Shown here in pieces: positions 20,417 through 30,579 of a stretch of 54,550 bases of DNA. Source of the stretch: Fibrobacterales bacterium (GTDB taxonomy: Bacteria; Fibrobacterota; Fibrobacteria; Fibrobacterales; JAOPTW01). The DNA is taken from NCBI GenBank assembly GCA_051532035.1, contig JAOPTW010000029.1:1-54550 (forward strand), in the 5' to 3' direction. A program made the translations under genes and the position numbers. A model generated the notes under the pieces. That model had not been told where the DNA came from. It saw nothing but the letters and a program-made list of their open reading frames with translations, and ran no database searches. Numbering within the stretch: position 1 is the stretch's first letter; each line of letters opens with the position of its first letter.

Positions 20417-21802
20417 ATGAGTAATTATGCTATTCTCATAAAAAATATGACTGTGGGCCATACTCCATTTTGCGATTATGTAGATGAAGATGATACCGTT
20501 ATTGCTGAAAAACAGAACGCTCTGAGTCATCACGATATTCAAGAAATTAAAAAACGATTTGAAACACTCTACTTTAAATGGGAGAGTGCTCAAAGCTCAG
20601 TTCGTAAAATTAAACCACATCGAGACTCGAATACTAATCCTATTCCACAACGCAAGCGTAGTGCCCCCAATGACTCAGATGATAAACCTGAAAAGGGCGA
20701 AGTAGAGAGGCTCGAGCACAACATTACCTCCGGAAGTCAATTCAGTAAAATGATGCTCGAAAATGAACACCTTACGAGCAAGCTCGATGAAGAGACCATA
20801 ACAACTGATCTAACATTTGACAACTCATTTTCCCATTTTACTAAACAACTTGGTTTTGGTGAACGAACAGAAGAGTACCTACAAAAAATGGAATTCTTTC
20901 ACGAAGAACTTATTGCTACAACCAAAGGCATCTATAAAAATGTCATATCAGGTAAGATTAGCGATGCAGAACATGTTACTGACACCATAAATAAGCTCAT
21001 CGATATAATGCGATCAGATAAAGACATATTACTCAACCTATGTAACTATGATAATTCTATGGAGGAAGATCACCTCTATCAGCAGACAACCAATACAATA
21101 ATTAACACCCTTAATATTGCAGCCGCAATGGGTTTTGATTATGATGCAATACTCGAGATTGGCCAAGGTGCTTTTTTTGCGGACATTGGAATGGCCGCAA
21201 TTCACGAGCAAATGCGAAATACTGATCATAAATACACTCAGAATGAAGTAGTTGAAATACAAAAACACCCCATATTTTCAGCAAATATTATTGATTCAAT
21301 ACAAGGGCTGAACCCTACAGCGGGTATCATTGCGTATCAACATCACGAAAGAGAAAATGGACAAGGATACCCAAGAGGCCGTTCTAAAAATGCCATACAC
21401 CCTTTTGCGAAAATTTTTGCTATTGCTGATGTCTACTCAGCTCTTTCAAGTAATCGTAAACATCGTAAAGGTCAACGCCCTTTTTATGCCATGAAAAGCC
21501 TGATCTCTATGGGTAAGGTAGGGTTACTCGACCTCAAAACAATAGCGCACTTTATGCAATACGCCTCACTCTTCCCCGTTGGTTCTCTTGTTACACTCAG
21601 CAATGGAGCCATTGCTAAAGTATTATCATCCAATCCAGAAGATGTTACCGCACCAAAAGTGAGTGTCATGTCGAACTTCAAGGGTGAGCTCATTAAAGAC
21701 AATCACTATTATGAAATTGATCTCTGTAAAAGAAATGACATACACATCGCAGGGACTTTAGATTTTTTAGAATTTGAAGGTGGCCTTATGATGGGTTTTT
21801 AA
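20417..21802 (+). CDS. HD-GYP domain protein, degenerate (paralog 1)
   Basis: HHERENGQGYP, KHP, IADVY; HD replaced by AD (FFADIG). Confidence 0.85.
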   Translation: MSNYAILIKNMTVGHTPFCDYVDEDDTVIAEKQNALSHHDIQEIKKRFETLYFKWESAQSSVRKIKPHRDSNTNPIPQRKRSAPNDSDDKPEKGEVERLEHNITSGSQFSKMMLENEHLTSKLDEETITTDLTFDNSFSHFTKQLGFGERTEEYLQKMEFFHEELIATTKGIYKNVISGKISDAEHVTDTINKLIDIMRSDKDILLNLCNYDNSMEEDHLYQQTTNTIINTLNIAAAMGFDYDAILEIGQGAFFADIGMAAIHEQMRNTDHKYTQNEVVEIQKHPIFSANIIDSIQGLNPTAGIIAYQHHERENGQGYPRGRSKNAIHPFAKIFAIADVYSALSSNRKHRKGQRPFYAMKSLISMGKVGLLDLKTIAHFMQYASLFPVGSLVTLSNGAIAKVLSSNPEDVTAPKVSVMSNFKGELIKDNHYYEIDLCKRNDIHIAGTLDFLEFEGGLMMGF

Positions 21803-21941
21803 TTTTTTTAGTGGCACCTCAATGTCACTTTATGGTATCATTATATATACCGATAGTATAAATAACACACCCTATCTTAAAATGCATCCCCTTCGCCCAT
21901 TGAGGGCTTAATAGGATGTTTCCGATATAACCAGGGAGTTT

Positions 21942-23336
21942 GTGGTGGAATACAAAGTAAAAACAGAATTGCTTAAGCCTAATGAAGAGGTGTTTTGCGA
22001 CCTTGTTAGCAGTGAGGGTGAAACTGTTTTTGCACAAAAAACGTTAATTGAAGTCGAAGCGCTCCAGAAAATTATAGATAATGGAGATTCCCTCTATTTT
22101 GACTTTGCGAGTAAAAGCGCAGAAGTAAAAAAAATATTCCAATGGGATCCTAATCGTGATACTGACTCAGGCTATCCCGATGAAATTGAAGAAGAGGAAG
22201 AACCAGAAGAAGAAGAAGAAGAAGAGCTCATCCCACCTGATGACCTTAAGCCCGAGATTGAAGATGAGTCATGTTTTAACCTCATGCAATTAGAGGATGA
22301 AGCCCCTCTTGAAAAGCTTGACTCAATTCTAGAATTTGATGATATCCCCAAAGGACAACGACTCAGTGAAAGCATCACCCAGATTCAAGTGGGTGAGCGC
22401 AACGAAGAATACAAAAACAATATGCAGACCCTTCACCGAGATCTTTGTACAGAAGCGGATCAACTTTTCAGCGGCATCATAAATGGCACTATTACTAATG
22501 GAGAGCCAGCAAAGAGAATTGTAGAGAAGTTTCTCGATATTTTGATGACTGATAAGGATATACTCCTCAACCTCACTAACTTTGATTATCCCGCTGATGA
22601 TGATCATCTTCATACTCACGCAGTAAACACTGTAATTACCGCACTCAACATCGCTACTGCCTATGGCTATGCAAAAGAGGAAATTATTGAGATTGGCCTC
22701 GGCGCACTGCTCTCTGACATAGGGATGCGTTCTTTGAAGAAAACAATGCGGAATTCACCCCAAAAATATACCACTCGGGAGAATTTTGAAATTCAAAAAC
22801 ACCCCATATTTTCGGCAAATATTTTAGAGAATATGGTTGGCCTTAGAAACTCTACCAGTGTTATCGCCTATCAAGTCCATGAACGTGAAAATGGAAAAGG
22901 GTACCCTCGTGGTCGCTCAAAAAATGCAATACATAAATTTGCTAAAATAGTTGCTGTTGCGGATGTATTCTCTGCCATATCAAGTAATAGACCACACCGA
23001 AAAGGCCAGCGCCCTTTTTTAGCTATGAAACAACTCATCACCATGGGCAAAGTAGGAATGCTAGATATAAAAGTGGTGAGTCACTTTTTACAATACATGT
23101 CGCTCTTTCCCATTGGCTCACTCGTTAAATTGAATGACAACTCATACGCAAAAGTTGTCTCTTCGAATCAACAAAATATTACCCGACCAAAAATCAATAT
23201 AATTACTGACCCTGAGGGGAAAATCTTGAGCGAAGATGAGTTCCGGCTTGTCGACCTCGCTGAAGATGAAGAAGTCACAATTGTTGGTACTGCGGATAAT
23301 AATGTTATTAATTCTAAAAGCATGGAAGGTTTTTAG
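21942..23336 (+). CDS. HD-GYP domain protein, degenerate (paralog 2) with acidic linker
   Basis: VHERENGKGYP, LLSDIG, ADVFSA; poly-Glu tract. Confidence 0.85.
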   Translation: MVEYKVKTELLKPNEEVFCDLVSSEGETVFAQKTLIEVEALQKIIDNGDSLYFDFASKSAEVKKIFQWDPNRDTDSGYPDEIEEEEEPEEEEEEELIPPDDLKPEIEDESCFNLMQLEDEAPLEKLDSILEFDDIPKGQRLSESITQIQVGERNEEYKNNMQTLHRDLCTEADQLFSGIINGTITNGEPAKRIVEKFLDILMTDKDILLNLTNFDYPADDDHLHTHAVNTVITALNIATAYGYAKEEIIEIGLGALLSDIGMRSLKKTMRNSPQKYTTRENFEIQKHPIFSANILENMVGLRNSTSVIAYQVHERENGKGYPRGRSKNAIHKFAKIVAVADVFSAISSNRPHRKGQRPFLAMKQLITMGKVGMLDIKVVSHFLQYMSLFPIGSLVKLNDNSYAKVVSSNQQNITRPKINIITDPEGKILSEDEFRLVDLAEDEEVTIVGTADNNVINSKSMEGF

Positions 23337-23344
23337 AGGCTATT

Positions 23345-24706
23345 ATGAGTTATCACTACGCCATAACACAGAATTTTTTTAAAGAGCGCCATGAGACCTT
23401 TTGTGATATTGTCACTGAAGAGGGCCGCGTTATTTTCACCAAAGACACCACGCTGAGTGACAAAAACATCTTAAGACTTAAGGCAAGCGATGATGCTCTC
23501 TTTTTTGATTTTGCGAGTGCCAATGCCACTGTAACCAAAGTTATTGCAATAGGAAAAGAGAATGCTCTCAAGAAAACGCCTTCCCCTATACCACTCCCAC
23601 CTGACGAGCCCGCAAAAGAGATTGAACTTGCCGATGACATAAGTTTTACCATTGAGCAGCTCTATGACAAAGACAACTTAACTGACGTTGATAACAAAAC
23701 CCTTTCTGACCCTATATCACGATCTCGATCGCATAGAATTCATATTACTCAATTAACCTACAATGAACGAAGTCCTGGTTACAAATCAAAAGTGACAAAA
23801 TATTATGAAGAGAGTTGTGATAGAGCAGAGCGTATTTATCAAGACATTTTAAGTTGTACTCTTACAACCACAGATCCTGTTGCAGAAATTGTAGAGAATT
23901 ACATTGAGCTTTTGACCAGCGACATGGATATCATGCTCAACTTACTGAATTACCAGCACCCACCCTATAAAGATCATGTTTATTCACATGCAATAAAAAA
24001 AATGATCATGTCTCTTACTATTGGTACAGGGGCAAATCTCTCACGAGGAGAACTTGCCGAAGTTGGCCTTGCCGCTTTTCTTTCAGATATCGGACTCTGT
24101 TCAATAAACAACTCCATGCGCAATTCTAAACGGAAATTTGATAAAGATGACAATCAGAACATTCGAAAGCACCCAATTTTTGCGGCAAATGTTGTCCGCT
24201 CATTAACGGGAACTTATGACTCTACCAATAGCGCTATTTATCAAGCACATGAACGCGAAAATGGTACGGGGTATCCTAAAAATAAGAAAGCCGCAGATAT
24301 CCACCCCTTTGCAAAAATTATTGCTATTGCAGATGTGTACTGTGCCTTAATTAGCCACAGACCTCATCGAAAAGCACTTCCTCAATTTGATGGGGTTAAA
24401 ACAGTCATCAACATGAATAAATTGGGCCTTTTTGAACCTCAACTGGTAAATGCATTTTTCATGTACACCCCTCTCTTTCCAATCGGGTCAGTTGTTAAAC
24501 TCACCAATAACATGTATGCAAAAGTAGTCTCATCTAATGCCAAAAGTATCACCCACCCTATGCTCAGAACACTCTCAAATTCCATTGGGAAAGCTGTTAT
24601 TGAACGAGGGTACGAAATGGTTGATCTCGCAAAATCCCCTTCAATACGAGTCACTCACTCTGTTGATTCTATTGAGTTTCACACTGAGCTCATGGCGGGC
24701 TTCTAA
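23345..24706 (+). CDS. HD-GYP domain protein, degenerate (paralog 3)
   Basis: AHERENGTGYP, FLSDIG, ADVYCA. Confidence 0.85.
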   Translation: MSYHYAITQNFFKERHETFCDIVTEEGRVIFTKDTTLSDKNILRLKASDDALFFDFASANATVTKVIAIGKENALKKTPSPIPLPPDEPAKEIELADDISFTIEQLYDKDNLTDVDNKTLSDPISRSRSHRIHITQLTYNERSPGYKSKVTKYYEESCDRAERIYQDILSCTLTTTDPVAEIVENYIELLTSDMDIMLNLLNYQHPPYKDHVYSHAIKKMIMSLTIGTGANLSRGELAEVGLAAFLSDIGLCSINNSMRNSKRKFDKDDNQNIRKHPIFAANVVRSLTGTYDSTNSAIYQAHERENGTGYPKNKKAADIHPFAKIIAIADVYCALISHRPHRKALPQFDGVKTVINMNKLGLFEPQLVNAFFMYTPLFPIGSVVKLTNNMYAKVVSSNAKSITHPMLRTLSNSIGKAVIERGYEMVDLAKSPSIRVTHSVDSIEFHTELMAGF

Positions 24707-24799
24707 ACTACCTATTTATTGACATTTAATAAATTTTCATTTGATTTTCTATTGATTTTCATTGAGCAGTTTACCCCCATTTCTTTGTATATTTACCCC

Positions 24800-25999
24800 A
24801 TGCTTACGGTAGTTGATTGTAATAATTTTTGGAGTCCTTCCGGTGGTGGTGTCAGACGCTACCATCTTGAAAAACTTGCCTACTACTCTAAAAGAGAGGA
24901 TGTACACTACATCTTTATGATGCAAGATTCATCAACCTATACCGAAGTACTCAATGAATCAACTGTTATTGAACATGTTGAAGCATTTAAAGTCCCAGGG
25001 AATTGGGAGTATCGCTTTCTTATGCGTTCCAAACCTATTCTCGCTCTTATCAATAAATATACGCCAGATATAATTGAAGTGGGCTCCCCCTATGTCATGC
25101 CCTATCTTGTTTGCAAAGCGGTAAAACGGTCACATTCACCAAAGACCACTATTGTTGGTTTTTGGCATGCAGACTTCCCCGTAACCTATGTACAGCGCTT
25201 TTTTAAGAAATTCAGCATCCATCTCGCCAGTATAATGGAATCTCTTGCCTGGGCTTTTGCCCGAAAATCATACCGCTCAATGCAGATGATTTTTTCATCG
25301 AGTACTCTCGTTATCAACCGAATGACAAAACAGGGTATGCAAAACATACAGCACCTTCCACTAGGGGTAGACCTTGAACTCTTTAATCCTTCCAAAAGAG
25401 ATTACGCGTTAAGAGCACAGTACCAAGCAGGCGAACCGCGTCGCCTTATCCTCTTTTTCCCTCATCGCTTTAGTGATGAAAAGGGAATACGCACAATCCT
25501 CGAAGGATATACCGCGGCCTGTCGAACACTCCCTATTGAACCCGCACTCGTGTTTGCAGGAACGGGCCCCGACCTCCCCTTAGTGGAGAAATATGTTGCA
25601 AGCCATGAACACATTCACTACGTAGGCTTCATAAATTCAACAGAAGAGATGGCCCGCTGGCATGCATCAAACGATATTGGTTTTGCTCTCTCAAGTGGAG
25701 AAACCTTTGGGCTTTCAATTGTTGAATCCTTGGCTTCAGGAGTTCCTCTTATTGCCGTAAGTGATGGCGCAGCTCTTGAACACGCAGAACACTCACAAGC
25801 AGGATTAGTAGTGGCACCGTATAATAGCAGAGAACTCGCTGACGCCCTCATAACCCTCGTCACTATGAGTAATCGGTCTCACCTACAAAGCAATGCTCGC
25901 ACCTACGCTGAGACCCTTAGTTGGCAACACTGCTTTTCAAAACAAATTTCACTCTACCACCAGGCTCTCTCACAGGAGGTTACCAGTGAAACAGTATGA
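24800..25999 (+). CDS. GT4 glycosyltransferase
   Basis: SGGGVRRY N-terminus, GVDLELF, ETFGLSIVESLASG (E-x7-E); ATG 24800 preferred. Confidence 0.9.
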   Translation: MLTVVDCNNFWSPSGGGVRRYHLEKLAYYSKREDVHYIFMMQDSSTYTEVLNESTVIEHVEAFKVPGNWEYRFLMRSKPILALINKYTPDIIEVGSPYVMPYLVCKAVKRSHSPKTTIVGFWHADFPVTYVQRFFKKFSIHLASIMESLAWAFARKSYRSMQMIFSSSTLVINRMTKQGMQNIQHLPLGVDLELFNPSKRDYALRAQYQAGEPRRLILFFPHRFSDEKGIRTILEGYTAACRTLPIEPALVFAGTGPDLPLVEKYVASHEHIHYVGFINSTEEMARWHASNDIGFALSSGETFGLSIVESLASGVPLIAVSDGAALEHAEHSQAGLVVAPYNSRELADALITLVTMSNRSHLQSNARTYAETLSWQHCFSKQISLYHQALSQEVTSETV

Positions 26000-27125
26000 C
26001 GTTATCCTCACCTGTAATTATTCTCCTTGGTCCAGCTACAGTGGCGGTGGGCAAAAATCGACTCACATGGTTGCAACCGAACTTTGTAACCAAGGTCATT
26101 CAGTATGTGTTGTCTATTCAAAAGGCCCCTTTGAGAAAGTAGAAGTACCCAAAGTTCCCTACGACATTAAATGGGCATTTTTCTTTGCTATTAAACCGGG
26201 AATTTCATCAATATTCAGGTTCCTCAATGGTATATCTTATTATCGCATCATAAAAAAAATATCAACGTCCAAAACAGTCATCCACTCAAATGGCGACGAA
26301 GCAAGCCTTCTCGGATACATACCGAACAAACGGCGATTTATATACACCAATCGCTATCCCAACTTTGACTACTATATGTTTGGTAATGACTGGAGTAAGG
26401 CTTCCACCTGGATAAAAATAACTTTTAGGGAGCGCCGATTTACTGCTATGGCTCTAGCCATTTTTAAGGCCGATGCCATTACCTGCACGAGTAAACACTC
26501 TGTTAATCAAGTGAGTGAATGTTTTGGAATCTCGAAAGATAAAATCCATCTAGTCTATAATGGCCTCGACCCCGTTTTCATGAATCAGACTCTACCTCAA
26601 TCTAACAAACAATCCGGCGTACTATTCTATGGCAGACTTACCAAGAGCAAAGGCATTGATATTCTGCTCCAAGCCTATAAAATGCTCAGCGTTGATATTC
26701 AGCAACAGCACCCTCTGACTATCATTGGACAGGGGCCATTAAAAAGTGAACTAGAGAAACAAGCATCGGGATACCCTATTACTTTTATTGAATGGTCATT
26801 TGGGCAAGGTCTTGTTGATACTATCAAAAAAGCATCACTTGTTGTATTACCAAGTTTTGAAGAGTCTTTTGGAAATACAATGTTGGAAACCCTCGCACTC
26901 GGTCAAAGACTTGTGACAACCGACAAAGGTTCACTCCCAGAAATACTCGGCACCTATGGTACACAAATTTCAACCATAGACCCCAAATCACTGCATGCAA
27001 CAATTACGACACTCATCAATAGTCCTGTACATTCAGATATACTCGAGGAACAAATACTCTGGATCAACAAAGAGTATTCATGGAAAAAAACAACTCAATC
27101 GTTCCTAAAGCTCTACAGGCTTTAA
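25986..27125 (+). CDS. GT4 glycosyltransferase
   Basis: GGG N-terminal loop, YNGLD, GRLTKSKG, ESFGNTMLE; GTG 25986 with RBS AGGAGGT. Confidence 0.9.
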   Translation: MKQYDVILTCNYSPWSSYSGGGQKSTHMVATELCNQGHSVCVVYSKGPFEKVEVPKVPYDIKWAFFFAIKPGISSIFRFLNGISYYRIIKKISTSKTVIHSNGDEASLLGYIPNKRRFIYTNRYPNFDYYMFGNDWSKASTWIKITFRERRFTAMALAIFKADAITCTSKHSVNQVSECFGISKDKIHLVYNGLDPVFMNQTLPQSNKQSGVLFYGRLTKSKGIDILLQAYKMLSVDIQQQHPLTIIGQGPLKSELEKQASGYPITFIEWSFGQGLVDTIKKASLVVLPSFEESFGNTMLETLALGQRLVTTDKGSLPEILGTYGTQISTIDPKSLHATITTLINSPVHSDILEEQILWINKEYSWKKTTQSFLKLYRL

Positions 27126-27944
27126 AAATGCTTTTTTAATATACACTAGCAATGATGGAAACAGTGAATTTTTAATCTTTCTCGTTTTGTTTTTGCGAAT
27201 ATAATGCCTATGATAAAATGGGTGATTTTCAGAAACATTCTCTTTGCAATCAGCGGCTATCTCAGCACTATCCCCCTGCGCTACAATTTTCTCAGGCCAC
27301 TCTAGACAGGTAATACTAAAACCCCGTTCTAAAAAGAATGCGCTGAGACCAATTTCTCCATTGAGTATGATCTGTAATCGCTCAGTCTCTGTTGCACCAG
27401 GAAAATTATCCTTGATTTTTTCTAAATGGCTGGCTTGAGATAAAAGGGCATAGGTTTGCACATGCGGCAAGTCCTCCCGATTACTTCTATGGGGATGATC
27501 AAGAAAGTTGATAGTACTCCCACACAACGCTACCAAATCTGATTTTGAATACTGATGTATAAACTGTGCATACCACCCTTCAACATAGGGGCCACAAGCG
27601 CTTCTATTTTGTATAAAGACATAGTCCGAAGCATCCCCCTGAATCAATACTCTCTTCAATAATTCAGCATAAGAACTAAAATCTCTTCCCACATTATCTT
27701 TAAAAAATATTTCTCGAAGTGTATAGTTAGCATGCCCCTCAAATATTTTTCGCACAGTACTCATAAAAAAAGTATCGAAAAAGCTCTCATCTCTTACTCT
27801 ACTGATTGCGATATAAAGTTCAACATGGGAAACCCCATGGTTTATTTCTGAGATACGAATGAGGTTTTTTATATCCTCAAAATAATATTTTGAATCGTTT
27901 GCTGTTGCATAACAGTGAAAGTACTTTTGGGATTGTTCCATCAT
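27105..27944 (-). CDS. RgpF-like putative glycosyltransferase
   Basis: NVGRDFSSY, NRSACGP, PHVQTY, EIGLS motifs resemble rhamnan synthesis F-type domains. Confidence 0.55.
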   Translation of the reverse strand: MMEQSQKYFHCYATANDSKYYFEDIKNLIRISEINHGVSHVELYIAISRVRDESFFDTFFMSTVRKIFEGHANYTLREIFFKDNVGRDFSSYAELLKRVLIQGDASDYVFIQNRSACGPYVEGWYAQFIHQYSKSDLVALCGSTINFLDHPHRSNREDLPHVQTYALLSQASHLEKIKDNFPGATETERLQIILNGEIGLSAFFLERGFSITCLEWPEKIVAQGDSAEIAADCKENVSENHPFYHRHYIRKNKTRKIKNSLFPSLLVYIKKAFLKPVEL

Positions 27945-29014
27945 ATCTCATCTACAAATGTTTTGAATCGCTTATACAAGGCATCTTGAGAGAATGTTTT
28001 AACAAAGACTTCCCGTGCACTATCTCCCAATTGCTTTTTATCCATTTTCTTGGTATAGAGTTCGAGTATTTTCTCTGCTATACTCGATGGGTTTGCAGGA
28101 TCACAAAGGACAATATTCTCATTAGGGATAAAATATTCTCGTATTGCATCTGAATCTCTGGTAATAATTGGTTTTGACAGTGCAGCGCACTGTACCACTT
28201 TATTGGGAACGACATTCGACGCTTTTACACCATCGTCAAAAATACCAAGACATACATCTGCCTCCCTAATTTCCGCAACAAGGTCTTGTAGTTTCATTTG
28301 AGGCTTCTGTACAATACTTGTAATGTTCCGATCAATAACATACTCTTTCATTTCATCATAAGTTTGACCAGTTCCTACCAATACAAATGAGATATCGGAG
28401 TAGGGTAGTAGAAGCTCTGCCGCCTCAATAATATGCTGAATCCCATGGAGCGGGATATATGTCCCATAAAAAAGAACCCTGAACTCAGTATGACTTTTTT
28501 TAAACACTGCATTCTGAGAAAATGTCTCTTCATCAATTCCCACTGGCACAACTAACCAAGGTTTTTTTAACCCATACTGCTCGTAAAAATAATTCTTATG
28601 TTGCAGGGTATCAAAAATTAAAGCGTCAGCAGCCATGCAACCTGACCAATCTTGCCATTTACAGATCCATGACTGAAAGCCATTATTTGGGTAGAGTTTC
28701 CTATCTTCAATTCTTGTGTTATAGCGTGAAATAAATGGATCAAAAACAATCTTTTTCCTAAAAAAGAACGAAACAATCTTTAGAAGTGGCACAAGCCGGT
28801 GACCACCCTCTGTAACAAAAACAAAGTCAACGTTCCTTACACAGCCAAGAAACTGTTTTATTAAGGATAGGTGTCGAAAAGGAAAGGAAATACGCGAATG
28901 GCATAGATATACTTCAAAGCCACCTCGCTTAAGTAATGCAGTTATTTGAGCATTTCTTGGATAATCGAGTTCATGATGACCATAAATACACGCTGACACT
29001 TTCTGTTTTATCAT
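27941..29014 (-). CDS. GT4 glycosyltransferase
   Basis: YPRN, FYGTYIPLHG, ADVCLGIF, VPNKV. Confidence 0.85.
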   Translation of the reverse strand: MIKQKVSACIYGHHELDYPRNAQITALLKRGGFEVYLCHSRISFPFRHLSLIKQFLGCVRNVDFVFVTEGGHRLVPLLKIVSFFFRKKIVFDPFISRYNTRIEDRKLYPNNGFQSWICKWQDWSGCMAADALIFDTLQHKNYFYEQYGLKKPWLVVPVGIDEETFSQNAVFKKSHTEFRVLFYGTYIPLHGIQHIIEAAELLLPYSDISFVLVGTGQTYDEMKEYVIDRNITSIVQKPQMKLQDLVAEIREADVCLGIFDDGVKASNVVPNKVVQCAALSKPIITRDSDAIREYFIPNENIVLCDPANPSSIAEKILELYTKKMDKKQLGDSAREVFVKTFSQDALYKRFKTFVDEI

Positions 29015-29093
29015 ATTTTGTTACATTAGCCATTATGATAGTATATGACTAACAATGTACAAAATTTGCAAACCGATTTAAACAAGCAATAGT

Positions 29094-30539
29094 GTGACTC
29101 AAGACAAATCATTCATTCTCAAAGGCACTGTTCTCAATCTATTGGGATTAATCCCCAAAAGCGCCCCTCCCCTACTCGTAATTTTAATGGCACGCCTTTT
29201 TTCACAAGAAGAGTTTGGCATATTCATTTCTATTAAATTTTTTGTGATGACTCTTTCTCGACTTGTTGTATTTGGCATCGACAAAGGCCTTATATGGTAT
29301 ATACCTCAAAACCAAAAGCATAATCGACCCACAGAATTTAACCTTATTGAGTCCTACTATTTTACATCAATCGTTTCCGTTATACTTACCGTTCTGGGAA
29401 TACTCTTTATCTCATTTGGCGGGCTAACACTTTTCCCGGCAATCCCCAATAGTTCAGACACATTTATCATTATAACTCTTCTTTCACTACTCCCTTTAAT
29501 GGGTCTCCATTGTTTTTCAGCCGCATTAGAAGGAGTGAGAAAGCCTCAATATAAAATTTTCCTCAATCAATTTGCTATTGAAGCGCTCGGACCCCTGATA
29601 TCAATTCTTCTCTTCTACACTCTCGCAACTAATTATAGCTTGGCACTTGGCTTCACCATAAGCAACTATATTGGGCTTTTTATCTACCTCTTTATCATAC
29701 GTAAAATATTTACCATGAAGTGGTCTACCTTAAAGCTCCCCTCTAGGGATCTCTTTAATTACTCAATACCAATTGGAATTGCAGAGATCATTAATTCACT
29801 CCTCCTCCGAGTAGACCTTTGGATGATACTTGCACTACTGGGCCCCAAGAAAGCAGCTATTTACTCCATAATGGTCACGTTAACCAATGCGATCAAAACA
29901 ATTCGCCAGGGCTACGACCCTATGATTATAGCAATTGTCAGCAAGATGAACCTCTCTCAAAACAACACCCATTTAAAAGAAGTCGCAAGTTATACTGTTA
30001 ATGTCATAACATCAATCCAAATATTTATTGCGGTATTTGTCATTTTTTTTCCTGCAGAAATCATGGAAATTGCAGGAAAGGAGTACTCGGCAGATTTGCA
30101 AACGCTTTCAGTATTGATAGTGGGTAATCTACTGAACAGTATCTTTGGCCTAAATGGCATCATACTGCTTGGCCTAGGGAACAGTAAAAGCGTTATGAAA
30201 GCAAACATTGCGACACTTATCATTAACGTCAGTTTAAACTACTATTTAATAACTCATTTTGGGGTAGTCGGAGCAGCCATAGCTACGGTAACCTCTCAAA
30301 TTGTGAGCTCTTTTTATTTCTTGTACAAACAATATCAGTATACCCGAATCATTCCTTACGAAAAGCATTTGTTAATTAATTTTTCCATAATTTTCATAAT
30401 AGCCATACTCTCTTTTTTCTATTTCGACTCAATTCAAAGCTTAATGTTACAACAAAAAATAGTGGTGTTTGCAGCATCAATAGTATCTATTGTGTCGATA
30501 TTTTTATTAAAGAGATCTACATACACCATACAGAAATAG
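29094..30539 (+). CDS. polysaccharide flippase (Wzx/MOP family)
   Basis: About 13-14 TM helices, ARLFSQEEFG, RVDLWMI, GVVGAAIAT. Confidence 0.85.
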   Translation: MTQDKSFILKGTVLNLLGLIPKSAPPLLVILMARLFSQEEFGIFISIKFFVMTLSRLVVFGIDKGLIWYIPQNQKHNRPTEFNLIESYYFTSIVSVILTVLGILFISFGGLTLFPAIPNSSDTFIIITLLSLLPLMGLHCFSAALEGVRKPQYKIFLNQFAIEALGPLISILLFYTLATNYSLALGFTISNYIGLFIYLFIIRKIFTMKWSTLKLPSRDLFNYSIPIGIAEIINSLLLRVDLWMILALLGPKKAAIYSIMVTLTNAIKTIRQGYDPMIIAIVSKMNLSQNNTHLKEVASYTVNVITSIQIFIAVFVIFFPAEIMEIAGKEYSADLQTLSVLIVGNLLNSIFGLNGIILLGLGNSKSVMKANIATLIINVSLNYYLITHFGVVGAAIATVTSQIVSSFYFLYKQYQYTRIIPYEKHLLINFSIIFIIAILSFFYFDSIQSLMLQQKIVVFAASIVSIVSIFLLKRSTYTIQK

Positions 30540-30579
30540 TGTGAGAGTATGCGCGAGGCTATGTATCTTCAAATAGAAA

